DNA of 64,000 bases, from contig PLZJ01000002.1 of assembly GCA_003152105.1 (NCBI GenBank), positions 597,682-661,681 on the forward strand. Reading direction: 5' to 3'. This document shows positions 10,122 through 19,820 of this stretch, piece by piece. This DNA comes from Candidatus Levyibacteriota bacterium (lineage in GTDB: Bacteria; Patescibacteriota; Microgenomatia; Levybacterales; UBA12049). Under the pieces are notes generated by a model. The model had not been told where the DNA came from, did not search any database, and saw only the letters and a list, made by a program, of their open reading frames with translations. The position numbers were made by a program, and so were the translations under genes. The first letter of the stretch is position 1. Each line of letters starts with the position of its first letter.

Positions 10122-10982
10122 ATGAAAAACATCATCAGATATTTTTGCATCACAGTCTTTTTACTTTATTTTTTTTGGCTTATTCGTTCTGCAATCTTAG
10201 GTCAATTAACTGGCATTTTTGTATCTCGTCCCGTACCTCGGGATTATACAGATTTAAATAATTATTTGATTTCTCAACATGTATTTTATAGAACCTTATG
10301 GATACCAACAATTCAACGATTTGCCTACTATTCTTCAGACCACCCAGCAATAGATGGGTATACTTTTTTTCAAGCTTATGATCCAATAAGTGAAGTCAGA
10401 AAATTACAACTTTCAAATTCAGAAAATGCTTTGAGAAATGCTTCAGTTAAATATGTTATTGTCCCAGTAGATACTGAAGGTGAACTATTTTTACAAAATA
10501 GAAAATATTCAAGCGCACTTTATAGTAAAACCAAAAATGCAGTATCTACTATTTCATATTTAGTGCCAGTACAAAGATTTGGTTCTTTAGGTGTGTTTGA
10601 AGTAAAAAACTACCATAATCATTTTTGGTCTACTAACAAAAAGTTACTCGTCTCATTTACGCAGTTTAATCCAACAAAATATACTGTTTCACTAACTAAT
10701 GCACATGTTGGAGACAGGATTATATTCTCTGAAGCATTTGACCAAAATTGGATTGCAAATATAGGTAACACATCTATCAGCCCTATAAAATATCAGGGAT
10801 TATATAATGAGTATGTTCTACCAAAAGGGGGTAATTTTCACTTTACAGTTGTATATAAAATACAACAATGGGTACAAATAGGGCAAGTTGTATCTATGAG
10901 CACAGTTTTTGTTTTATTATTGTTTTATCTCTATATACTCAGATTTAAAATAGGTACGTTTATAAGATATATTAGAAAATAA
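10122..10982 (+). CDS. membrane protein carrying a YfhO-like C-terminal module
   Basis: N-terminal TM helix. C-terminal IFSEAFDQNWIANIGN...GGNFHFTVVYK plus a terminal TM helix matches the C-terminus of the 3339..6839 protein (VFSENFNPDWQVIYNN...GTYNITVRF + TM). Confidence 0.45.
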   Translation: MKNIIRYFCITVFLLYFFWLIRSAILGQLTGIFVSRPVPRDYTDLNNYLISQHVFYRTLWIPTIQRFAYYSSDHPAIDGYTFFQAYDPISEVRKLQLSNSENALRNASVKYVIVPVDTEGELFLQNRKYSSALYSKTKNAVSTISYLVPVQRFGSLGVFEVKNYHNHFWSTNKKLLVSFTQFNPTKYTVSLTNAHVGDRIIFSEAFDQNWIANIGNTSISPIKYQGLYNEYVLPKGGNFHFTVVYKIQQWVQIGQVVSMSTVFVLLLFYLYILRFKIGTFIRYIRK

Positions 10983-11009
10983 AAATAAGCAGAGGTTATA
11001 CCCATAGTC

Positions 11010-11039
11010 TTGTAATGAATTTGTTTGAAATGATACAAT
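11010..11039 (+). promoter_or_regulatory. sigma70-like promoter TTGTAA-18-TACAAT upstream of GT2 gene at 11065
   Basis: Hexamers read at 11010-11015 and 11034-11039 in the only sizeable intergenic gap of the locus. Confidence 0.35.
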
Positions 11040-11064
11040 ACGGAGATACTACTGCCCCAACTAT

Positions 11065-12006
11065 ATGATTAGTTACGTAATCCCAGTTATGAATGAAGAA
11101 GAAAGCATAGATGCTTTTTATGCTGAATTATATAAAGTAATTTTACAAATAATAGAAAAGTATGAAATTATCTTTATAGATGATGGATCTACAGACAATT
11201 CATTGGTACTACTTAAAAAACTTGTAAAATCCAACAAATCAGTTCGAGTATTTTCGTTCCGCAGAAATTTAGGAAAAGCTGAGGCATTAACATTTGGATT
11301 CGCAAAAGCTAGTGGCGATTATATTGTGACACTTGACGCAGATTTACAAGATATACCTTCTGAAATTCCAAAACTTTTAGCACTTGGCAAAACAGGCGTA
11401 GAGGTTGTAACGGGATGGCGTAAAAAGAGAAAAGATAAAAAATATATGGTATATATTTCTCGATTATTTAATTTATTTGTAAATAAATTATTTAATACTG
11501 GAATTCATGATTATAATTGTGGTTTAAAATTATACACACGTGATGCGGCAAAGAGTTTACAATTATACGGTGGTTTATATAGATTTATCCCCTTTTTAGT
11601 TTACCAACAAGGATTTACCATTGGAGAAGTAGCAGTTGAGCACCAGCCAAGAAAATTTGGAAAATCAAAATACGGTTTTTACAAATGGAGAGATTTACCA
11701 GATATTATCACTATATTATTTTTAGCTAAATATAGTAAGCGACCTTTACATTTTTTTGGCATAATTGGGATCTTTATGAGTAGTATTGGTGTAATTGTTC
11801 TATTATATTTAACATACGTTCATTATTTTATGCATCAACCAGTTGGAACAAGGCCTTTACTTTTTATGGGTATTTTGTTTGTAATTGCAGGACTACAAAT
11901 ACTTTTTACTGGGTTTCTTGCAGATTTAATGCTTAACATTGCACAAGGGCCAAAATATTTAGATGAATCCAAAATGCATTTTCCTCTAAAATTTTCGACT
12001 GATTAA
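11065..12006 (+). CDS. GT2 polyprenol-phosphate glycosyltransferase (DPM-synthase / GtrB / ArnC-like)
   Basis: VIPVMNEEESI, DDGSTDNS and DADLQD motifs plus two C-terminal TM helices. Confidence 0.8.
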   Translation: MISYVIPVMNEEESIDAFYAELYKVILQIIEKYEIIFIDDGSTDNSLVLLKKLVKSNKSVRVFSFRRNLGKAEALTFGFAKASGDYIVTLDADLQDIPSEIPKLLALGKTGVEVVTGWRKKRKDKKYMVYISRLFNLFVNKLFNTGIHDYNCGLKLYTRDAAKSLQLYGGLYRFIPFLVYQQGFTIGEVAVEHQPRKFGKSKYGFYKWRDLPDIITILFLAKYSKRPLHFFGIIGIFMSSIGVIVLLYLTYVHYFMHQPVGTRPLLFMGILFVIAGLQILFTGFLADLMLNIAQGPKYLDESKMHFPLKFSTD

Positions 12007-12007
12007 G

Positions 12008-12235
12008 ATGAAAATTCAGGATATTGGTTTTTTTCTTATATTAATTATAATAGTTTGGAAAAGAAATAGTACGTCTGCAGTCATCCTTGGTTTGTTTTCT
12101 TTATTAATTGCAGTTCCTCTTTTTGAAGAAAAGATTTTTTTTACTGCTGAAAGATTAACGTGGTATGCTGCTGGGTTTTTCTTATTGGCTATTATAGTAA
12201 TTTTGTATACACTAATAAGAGATAAGAAAAATTAA
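12008..12235 (+). CDS. small membrane protein (75 aa)
   Basis: 2-3 TM segments, immediately downstream of the GtrB-like GT2, a position typical of small membrane partners such as DUF2304/GtrA-like proteins. Confidence 0.35.
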   Translation: MKIQDIGFFLILIIIVWKRNSTSAVILGLFSLLIAVPLFEEKIFFTAERLTWYAAGFFLLAIIVILYTLIRDKKN

Positions 12236-12778
12236 ATGAAAATTGGAATAGATATTTCCCAAACAGCATATCAAAATACTGGAGTAGCCAACTATTTATC
12301 AAAATTAATTCATTCTCTGCTCGAAACAGATAAATCTAATGACTATGTATTCTTTTTTTCTTCCTTACGAAAAAAAATACCAAAACAGCTAAGAGAATTT
12401 ATAGTAACTACAGGGGGTAACCGAGTAACTATTAAGTCATATCCATTTCCTCCGCTTTTTTATGAATTTTTCTGGAACAAATTACACATTTTAAGCATAG
12501 AACGATTTATCGGAAATACAGATATATTCATTACTTCTGATTGGAGTGAGCCCCCGGTTCTAAAAACTAAAAAAGCTACTATAATATATGATTTAATAGT
12601 TTATAAATATCCCCATGAAACAGATCAAAGAATTGTTAAAGCACAAAGAAGAAAACTTTACTGGGTAAAAAAAGAAAGCGATCTAATATTTTGTATATCC
12701 AAATCTACTATGCAGGATGTTATTAAGCTGCTCCATATAGATAATAATAAGCTAAAAGTTATTTATCCCGGATTATGA
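12236..12778 (+). CDS. GT4 N-terminal (Glyco_trans_4-like) domain only, possible remnant of a tandem duplicate
   Basis: MKIGIDISQTAYQNTGVANY... parallels the N-terminus MIIGIDGNEANVTNRVGIGEY of the next gene. It stops after the linker (VIYPGL*) with no Glycos_transf_1 catalytic domain. Confidence 0.4.
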   Translation: MKIGIDISQTAYQNTGVANYLSKLIHSLLETDKSNDYVFFFSSLRKKIPKQLREFIVTTGGNRVTIKSYPFPPLFYEFFWNKLHILSIERFIGNTDIFITSDWSEPPVLKTKKATIIYDLIVYKYPHETDQRIVKAQRRKLYWVKKESDLIFCISKSTMQDVIKLLHIDNNKLKVIYPGL

Positions 12779-13908
12779 TTATTGGTATAGATGGAAATGA
12801 AGCAAATGTTACAAATAGAGTGGGTATTGGTGAATATGCATACCAATTACTCCTTTCTTTTTATGAGAAGGCAACCAAAGATATAAGTTTTCGGATATAT
12901 CTTAAAAATAAGCCTGAGTTTGACATGCCGAAACAAACAGATTTTTTTAAGTATGAAATAGTGGGACCTTCTAAAGCATGGACACAAATTGCTTTACCAA
13001 TCGCACTATATTTTTCTAAAAACCGACCAGATATTATCTTTACTCCTGGTCATTATGCTCCACGTTTTTCTCCTGTTCCGAGAGTTATTTCAATTATGGA
13101 TGTAGCATATCTTCGATTTCCTGATTTATACAATAAGGATGATTTGTATCAATTGAAGCATTGGACAAAGTACTCTGCTTTAAAAGCAAAAAGGATATTT
13201 ACTATTTCTCAGTCGAGCAAAAATGATATAATTAAGTACTACAATGTTGTGCCAAAAAACGTGGATGTAACGTTTTTAGGAATTAATGAAAACAAGCACA
13301 CAATAACTACCACTATGAAAGAAATTGAACAAAAATTTGGAATAAGCGGGAAATATATTTTATTTGTTGGCACGCTTCAGCCAAGGAAAAATATCGTCAA
13401 GCTAATTGAAGCATTTTCACTTGTTAAAAAAAATAAAGAAGCAGAGAGAGTAATTGATAATGTAAATATGGTTATTGTTGGCAAAAAAGGATGGAAGTAT
13501 GAGGAAATTTTAGAGGCTCCAAGCGTTTATGGAGTTAAAGAATGTGTATCCTTTTTAGAATTTGTTGATGATGATGAACTGACTACATTGTATAAAAATG
13601 CGTTGTGTTTTATTTTACCAAGTTTATATGAAGGATTTGGGCTTCCCATTCTTGAAGCAATGCGAAATGATTGTCCTGTAATAACAAGCAATATAAGTTC
13701 TTTGCCAGAAGCGGGAGGAGATGCAGCATTATATGTTGACCCAAATAGTAGCGAGGACATTGCAAAAACGCTAACTCGTGTTATTTCAGACGAAAAACTC
13801 AGAAAAAGCATGATAGAAAAAGGGAAAACGCAAGTTAAAAAATTTAGTTGGAATAAAACAGCAAGTGAAACACTAGAAGGATTAGAGGAGGTAGTTCATG
13901 CGAGATAA
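12775..13908 (+). CDS. glycosyltransferase family 4 (Glycos_transf_1)
   Basis: Full two-domain GT-B; C-terminal EGFGLPILEAM motif. Confidence 0.8.
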   Translation: MIIGIDGNEANVTNRVGIGEYAYQLLLSFYEKATKDISFRIYLKNKPEFDMPKQTDFFKYEIVGPSKAWTQIALPIALYFSKNRPDIIFTPGHYAPRFSPVPRVISIMDVAYLRFPDLYNKDDLYQLKHWTKYSALKAKRIFTISQSSKNDIIKYYNVVPKNVDVTFLGINENKHTITTTMKEIEQKFGISGKYILFVGTLQPRKNIVKLIEAFSLVKKNKEAERVIDNVNMVIVGKKGWKYEEILEAPSVYGVKECVSFLEFVDDDELTTLYKNALCFILPSLYEGFGLPILEAMRNDCPVITSNISSLPEAGGDAALYVDPNSSEDIAKTLTRVISDEKLRKSMIEKGKTQVKKFSWNKTASETLEGLEEVVHAR

Positions 13909-14491
13909 GTCAGGTAAAAAACTCAGTTCAAAAGAAATTACGTCAAAATCAATACTAAGAGTAGGAAATATTGCTTTGGAATTTCATATTATGTTGCTTC
14001 GCTGGGTTGGTCATATCCCATTTCATAGAATCAGGAGATTCTTTTATCGATTGAGTGGCATTAAAATTGGAAAAGGATCAACAATTCATATGTTTGCTAA
14101 TTTTTTTGATCCAGAACACATTTCGATAGGTATTGATTCAATTATTGGAGAAAATGTAATGCTCGATGGACGAGAGAAATTAACTATTGGAGATCATGTA
14201 GATATCGCTTCAGAAGTTATGATTTACAATTCAGAACATGATGTTTACAGTAGTAATTTTACACCGCTTACTGCACCTGTTGTTATTGAAGATTATGTAT
14301 TCATAGGCCCAAGAGTTATAATTTTGCCCGGAGTAATAATTGGAAAAGGAGCTGTAATTGGTGCAGGAGCAGTTGTGACAAAAAATGTAGAAACATTAAC
14401 TATTGTTGGTGGTGTTCCTGCAAAAGAAATAGGAAAGAGAAGCGTTGAAGATCTTCACTATACGTTAGGACGAGCTAGATGGTTTCGATAA
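13898..14491 (+). CDS. hexapeptide-repeat sugar O-acetyltransferase (WcaF / maltose acetyltransferase-like)
   Basis: Left-handed beta-helix repeats IGENVMLDG...IGPRVIILPGVIIGKGAVIGAGAVV. Confidence 0.7.
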   Translation: MRDKSGKKLSSKEITSKSILRVGNIALEFHIMLLRWVGHIPFHRIRRFFYRLSGIKIGKGSTIHMFANFFDPEHISIGIDSIIGENVMLDGREKLTIGDHVDIASEVMIYNSEHDVYSSNFTPLTAPVVIEDYVFIGPRVIILPGVIIGKGAVIGAGAVVTKNVETLTIVGGVPAKEIGKRSVEDLHYTLGRARWFR

Positions 14492-15330
14492 TAATACTTT
14501 CATATAACACAAAAGACTTGCTAACATCATGTCTTGACTCAATTAAAAATCATTTACATAAAGGTGATTTTGAAATAATTGTAGTAGATAATGCATCTTC
14601 AGACGATACTTCGTTAATGATCAAAAAAGAGTTTAAAGAAGTAATGTTAATTGAAAGTAAGGAAAATTTAGGCTACGCAAAAGGCATGAACTTAGGAGTC
14701 TCAAAAGCAAAAGGAGAATATTTACTACTTCTAAATTCAGACACGAAATTAAAAGATGATATTTTACCTCTTTTTTTGAATAACTATTCAACTTTTGAAA
14801 AACTTGCCGTAATTGGTCCAAGACTTGAGAATAGCTTAGGAAATAACGACGGTTCATATGGTAGCTTTTATACGATTTTTTCTGTATTTTATTTGTTATT
14901 TGGATCTCATTTTGTATCAAATAAAAATGAAGCAAGTCATAAGGCAAGATATGTTGATTGGGTCAGTGGTGGGTGTATGTTTATAAAAAGAGAATTGTAT
15001 GATCAAAATAATGGATTTGATCCACGTTTATTTATGTATGGCGAGGATGTCGAATTTTGTTACCGTTTGCATAAAAAAGGATTTAACGTTCTTTATGACC
15101 CATCGATTGTAGTATTTCATGTTGGCCAAGGAAGTTCAAATAGATCCTTTGCCATAATACAGATCTACAAAGGCATATTGTATTTCTTTAGAAAACATAA
15201 ACCAAAATGGCAATATGCGCTAATTTATTTCATGTTGAAATCAAAAGCAATTATACTTTTATCTATAGGAAAAATGTATAATAATGAATATCTCATACAT
15301 ACATATGGGCAAGCTCTTGCGATATCTTGA
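14479..15330 (+). CDS. glycosyltransferase family 2
   Basis: VSIIILSYNTKDLL...IIVVDNASSDDT, LLLNSDT (DxD). Confidence 0.75.
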   Translation: MVSIIILSYNTKDLLTSCLDSIKNHLHKGDFEIIVVDNASSDDTSLMIKKEFKEVMLIESKENLGYAKGMNLGVSKAKGEYLLLLNSDTKLKDDILPLFLNNYSTFEKLAVIGPRLENSLGNNDGSYGSFYTIFSVFYLLFGSHFVSNKNEASHKARYVDWVSGGCMFIKRELYDQNNGFDPRLFMYGEDVEFCYRLHKKGFNVLYDPSIVVFHVGQGSSNRSFAIIQIYKGILYFFRKHKPKWQYALIYFMLKSKAIILLSIGKMYNNEYLIHTYGQALAIS

Positions 15331-18300
15331 CAATAACATTGTTAAAATTGGAATTTGCTTTCTAATTCTTTTTGTCGCGCTTTATCCAAAGCTACCTAGC
15401 GTTCATATTATTCGTACGTATGTATATATTCGACTTGAAGATTTTGGAATAGCTGCGGTTGCTATAATTTGGTTCATTCAACTTCTTAGAAGAAAAGTTG
15501 GGCTGCCTCCAAAGTTGCTGGCTTTTCCTATAGTTTTATATTGGATAATTGGACTTGCATCCCTTATTGCCTCACTTTTATATTTCGGACCTCCCACGTT
15601 AAATTTTTTCCCACACATAGCATTTCTTGAATATCTAAGAAGAATAGAGTACATGATTTTATTTTTTATCGCGTTTTCAACAATTAAGAACAAAAAAGAT
15701 GTTAGAGATTATTTTTTTATTCTATGCACTACAGTACTTTTTGTTTGCCTATATGGAATTGGGCAAAAGTTCTATGGAATATTATGGTTACATTTCCCCG
15801 CGTTAAAGAGTGCAAATTTTTGTTTTCCTTCCTTTCAAACAGGTAACGAGCAATTTGCAAAAGGATATGCGCTTTGTTTGCCATCTGATGGAAGAATGAC
15901 TTCAACATTTGGAGGCCATTACGATTTAGCAGCATATATGGTATTTATTATTCCTATTTTAATCACTGTATTTCTTGTTGTTAAAAAAAGGAGAACACAA
16001 ATATTACTTGCTATTTTATCAGTACTATCTTTAACAATGTTAATTTTTACTTCTTCCCGCGTGTCGTTTATTGCTTATTTAGTTGGTGTTGTATCAGCGC
16101 TTATTTTCTTTAAGAAAAAATGGTTTATATTACCTGTTTGTATTGTAAGCATTGTTCTTCTTTTTGTGTTTAGTAGTTCTACGATAAAACGATTTGAACA
16201 AACAATCAGGTTTACCTCTGTTGTAACTGATAGTGAAGGAGACATTGTAGGGGAAGTTTCTAATGTGAATACAAATGGTAAAAAAGTGGTAAAAGGAAAT
16301 ATTCCATCGCAAGCACTTCCAGAAGGTTCAGTTATAATTGGACTTCCTACTAAATCTATATCTACTTCGTCTGCAACGGTACAAAATAGTCTTACTCCTG
16401 AGCAGGCAAGATTGCTTAGGCTACAAAATGGAGGCTATCAACTTTCCTCAGTTAAAGGAAGCTTCCTTATACAAAAAGTATTAACGCTTGATATTTCATT
16501 TACAACACGCTTCCAAGCTGAATGGCCTAGGGCTTGGAATTCATTTTTGACTGATCCGCCTCTTGGAACAGGGTTTTCAACATTAACTCTGGCAACTGAC
16601 GGTGATTATTTACGAATGCTTGGTGAATCAGGATTCTTAGGCGCAATTTCTTATTTGTTTGTATTTTTAATGTTAGGAATTGCACTTGCTTCTATATATA
16701 AAGATATTTCGTCTCCATTTAATAAATCGTTTATTATTGGAATTGCAGGAGGAATGATTGGGATATTTATAAATGCAATATTTATTGATGTTTTTGAAGC
16801 GTCAAAAGTTGCTGAAAGTATGTGGATGATTTTGGGAATTGGACTAGGTACACTACTTCTGTATCAGAAAAAGCCTATTCCATATGCGCTGCAGCTTAAA
16901 AATGTGTTGCTTACAAAAACTTTCTACTGCGTATATCTTCTAGCAATCGTTGCTGTAGTTTTTTCATCTTATATCTCCTCTTTCTTTGTTGCGGATGATT
17001 TTACATGGTTACATTGGGTAGCGACTTCTTCTTCATCAGATATTCTTCGTTTCTTTACTAACTCAAGCGGATTTTTTTACAGACCACTTGATAAAACTAT
17101 TATGTATTTTCTCTATACCTTATTTTCATTTAATCCTCAAGGATATCACCTATTTACACTCATTAGTCATCTTATTGCAGCAATAGGGGTATTTTTCCTT
17201 GCTCGAAAATTCTTGAAATATACATTTTTTAGTTTTATTGCAGGTGCTATATTTATACTTTTACCATCACAATCTGAAAATATCTATTGGATTTCAACTA
17301 TTTCAACTACAATTGCTACCTGTTTTATTTTTTACGGGTTATTAGCATGGATTAATTACTTAGAGAGTGAGAAGCAGAAATTTTACATACTATCCTTATT
17401 TCTTGGAATATGTTCATTTTTCTCTTATGAAATTGCAATTACTTATCCATTCCTGATCATATTAGTAACCCTATTTTTCAAAGGTAAGTCAATTCGTAAA
17501 AATGCTTACGCAGTATTTATTCCATTTGTAGCTCTTATTCCAATTTATTATATTATTAGAATCGTTACTCACGCTTTTTCTGGAGGAGGAGATTACTCTT
17601 ATAGTGTTATCCATTTATTGCCAAATATCATTGGAAATTATATAGGGTATCTTGGATTATATATTGTTGGAGAGCGCTTTATTTCACTATACAATCCACT
17701 TCGGTTGGTCTTTAAGAGTCAAATGCCACTTGTTATGATCCTGATTGTATTATTTATTCTTTTAATTGCATACGTTTGGTACTTTTATAAGAAACAAATT
17801 CAAAAAATTGTAGTTACGCAAACTGGTAAATTGTTTATTTTTGGCATGCTATTTATTGCAATTTCTTTACTATTATATTTAGGTCTTGGAAATATATCGC
17901 AACGATATGGATATTTAGGAGCATTTGGTTATTCACTTATAATAGCCTTATTTTTACAAAAAATTAGTCTGTTATTAAAAAATCCTTGGAAAATAATTAT
18001 TATGGCAATACTTCTCATATCTTTATTTACCTTTTATTACAATGAACAAAAAAGCGTTGAAGCTGAATGGTTAAAGGCAGCAAGTATTACAGAAGATACA
18101 TTAGCATTTTTCAGACTTGATTATTTCACTTTAAACAATTCTGACTCCGTTTATTTAGTGAATGTTCCAATTAAATATCAAAATGCCTGGGTGTTTCCAC
18201 TGGGCGTTTCAGATGCACTCTGGTTTTTATACAAAGATAACGAACCTAAATTAATAGAAGTAACTACAATTGCACAAGCGCAAAAAGATGCTAAAAACTT

Positions 18301-18373
18301 TTATAATACAAAATTATCTAAAGCATATATTTTCAGTTTTGGTGATGACGGCTATATCTACAAAGTCAAATAA
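15284..18373 (+). CDS. fusion membrane protein: O-antigen ligase/polymerase-like (Wzy_C) N-terminal half + GT-C-like polytopic C-terminal half, 1029 aa
   Basis: Wzy_C signature NSFLTDPPLGTGFSTLTLATDGDYLRMLGESGFLGAISYLFVFL at about aa 430-480. The second half has more than 10 TM helices with an ADDFTWLHW loop motif reminiscent of GT-C enzymes. Confidence 0.55.
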   Translation: MNISYIHMGKLLRYLDNNIVKIGICFLILFVALYPKLPSVHIIRTYVYIRLEDFGIAAVAIIWFIQLLRRKVGLPPKLLAFPIVLYWIIGLASLIASLLYFGPPTLNFFPHIAFLEYLRRIEYMILFFIAFSTIKNKKDVRDYFFILCTTVLFVCLYGIGQKFYGILWLHFPALKSANFCFPSFQTGNEQFAKGYALCLPSDGRMTSTFGGHYDLAAYMVFIIPILITVFLVVKKRRTQILLAILSVLSLTMLIFTSSRVSFIAYLVGVVSALIFFKKKWFILPVCIVSIVLLFVFSSSTIKRFEQTIRFTSVVTDSEGDIVGEVSNVNTNGKKVVKGNIPSQALPEGSVIIGLPTKSISTSSATVQNSLTPEQARLLRLQNGGYQLSSVKGSFLIQKVLTLDISFTTRFQAEWPRAWNSFLTDPPLGTGFSTLTLATDGDYLRMLGESGFLGAISYLFVFLMLGIALASIYKDISSPFNKSFIIGIAGGMIGIFINAIFIDVFEASKVAESMWMILGIGLGTLLLYQKKPIPYALQLKNVLLTKTFYCVYLLAIVAVVFSSYISSFFVADDFTWLHWVATSSSSDILRFFTNSSGFFYRPLDKTIMYFLYTLFSFNPQGYHLFTLISHLIAAIGVFFLARKFLKYTFFSFIAGAIFILLPSQSENIYWISTISTTIATCFIFYGLLAWINYLESEKQKFYILSLFLGICSFFSYEIAITYPFLIILVTLFFKGKSIRKNAYAVFIPFVALIPIYYIIRIVTHAFSGGGDYSYSVIHLLPNIIGNYIGYLGLYIVGERFISLYNPLRLVFKSQMPLVMILIVLFILLIAYVWYFYKKQIQKIVVTQTGKLFIFGMLFIAISLLLYLGLGNISQRYGYLGAFGYSLIIALFLQKISLLLKNPWKIIIMAILLISLFTFYYNEQKSVEAEWLKAASITEDTLAFFRLDYFTLNNSDSVYLVNVPIKYQNAWVFPLGVSDALWFLYKDNEPKLIEVTTIAQAQKDAKNFYNTKLSKAYIFSFGDDGYIYKVK

Positions 18374-19820
18374 AATTACAACTGTACTTCTAATTGCAAT
18401 TCTTTTAGGAGGTTTTTTAGCTCGTTTATATCGATTTAACGGTCCAGTTGCTGATTGGCATTCATGGCGACAAGCAGACACGTCTGCGGTTTCGCGTAAC
18501 TTTGTTGCTCATGGATTTGATGTGTTGCATCCAAAATTTGAAGACTTATCAAATGTACCTTCTGGGCTTGACAATCCACAAGGATACAGATTTGTAGAAT
18601 TTCCTATATATAATGTTGCACAAGCAGGACTCTATGATCTGTTCCATATATTAACACTTGAAGAATGGGGAAGGATTGTTAGTATTATTTCTTCACTTTT
18701 TGCCTCACTCTTTTTATTTTTATTATTAAAAAGTAGAGCCAGTACTCGTATTGCATTATTTGCAGCATTTTTTAATACGTTTATACCATTTAATATTTAT
18801 TATAGTAGAACGATTTTACCTGATCCCTCTATGATAATGGCAGTACTTGGAAGTATTTATTTTTTTAATAAATTTCTGCTAATAAAGCAAAAAAAATCTG
18901 ATAAGGTTTTACCATATGTATGGTATCTGCTTGCCATTCTTTTTTCAATAACTTCTCTGCTGTTAAAACCATATGCAATATTTTTTATCTTGCCAATCGT
19001 TGTACTTGTGTATTATGAATATAAGCTCAAGATGTTTTGGAATTGGCAACTTTGGGTATATGGCATTGTTTCGGTCATACCGCTACTACTATGGAGACAT
19101 TATATTGCGAGTTATCCAGAAGGAATACCTGCGAATGCATGGTTGTTAAATGGTAATGGTATACGTTTTCGACCATCTTTCTTTCGGTGGATGTTATATG
19201 AAAGATTGACGCGACTGATATCGGGATATATTGGTATAGCGCTTTTTGGATTAGGGGTATTTATTGGGAAAAAGCAAAAAAATAAATTATTTTTATATTC
19301 ATTTCTTGTTTCTTCAATAATATATATTTGTGTTTTTGCAACGGGAAACGTACAGCATGATTATTATCAAATATTGATTATTCCCTCCATTGCCATATTT
19401 TACGGGATTGGTGCAAATTACTTATATGAATTACCTTGGAAAAAATCTTCCCTTCCCGTATTTAAAATACTTCTTCTACTTATTACTATTTTAATGCTAT
19501 ATTTTGGTTGGGCGATTGTTAAGGATTATTTCAATATAAATAACCCTTCAATAATAGTTGCAGGAAAAGCTGTAGATGAGTTAACTCCGAAAAACGCTAA
19601 GGTCATCGCAAATTATAATGGGGATACGTCATTTTTATATCAAACAAATCGAAATGGGTGGGCCAGTTATGAACGTGACTTACCTGGCATGATCAAATTA
19701 GGTGCTGATTACCTAGTAATAGCAAATCCACTGCCATCTGATTTTTCATTTGCGAGAGCATATAGAATTGTTAAGAGAACAAACCAGTATGTTATATTTA
19801 ACTTACGAGCATCACCATGA
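18270..19820 (+). CDS. GT-C fold glycosyltransferase, PMT_2 / ArnT-like (GT39/GT83-type)
   Basis: LLGGFLARLYRFNG...WHSWRQADTSAVSRNF first-loop motif and more than 10 TM helices. The true start may be a downstream in-frame ATG (18288 or 18342) because 18270 overlaps the upstream gene by 104 nt. Confidence 0.6.
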   Translation: MHKRKKMLKTFIIQNYLKHIFSVLVMTAISTKSNKITTVLLIAILLGGFLARLYRFNGPVADWHSWRQADTSAVSRNFVAHGFDVLHPKFEDLSNVPSGLDNPQGYRFVEFPIYNVAQAGLYDLFHILTLEEWGRIVSIISSLFASLFLFLLLKSRASTRIALFAAFFNTFIPFNIYYSRTILPDPSMIMAVLGSIYFFNKFLLIKQKKSDKVLPYVWYLLAILFSITSLLLKPYAIFFILPIVVLVYYEYKLKMFWNWQLWVYGIVSVIPLLLWRHYIASYPEGIPANAWLLNGNGIRFRPSFFRWMLYERLTRLISGYIGIALFGLGVFIGKKQKNKLFLYSFLVSSIIYICVFATGNVQHDYYQILIIPSIAIFYGIGANYLYELPWKKSSLPVFKILLLLITILMLYFGWAIVKDYFNINNPSIIVAGKAVDELTPKNAKVIANYNGDTSFLYQTNRNGWASYERDLPGMIKLGADYLVIANPLPSDFSFARAYRIVKRTNQYVIFNLRASP

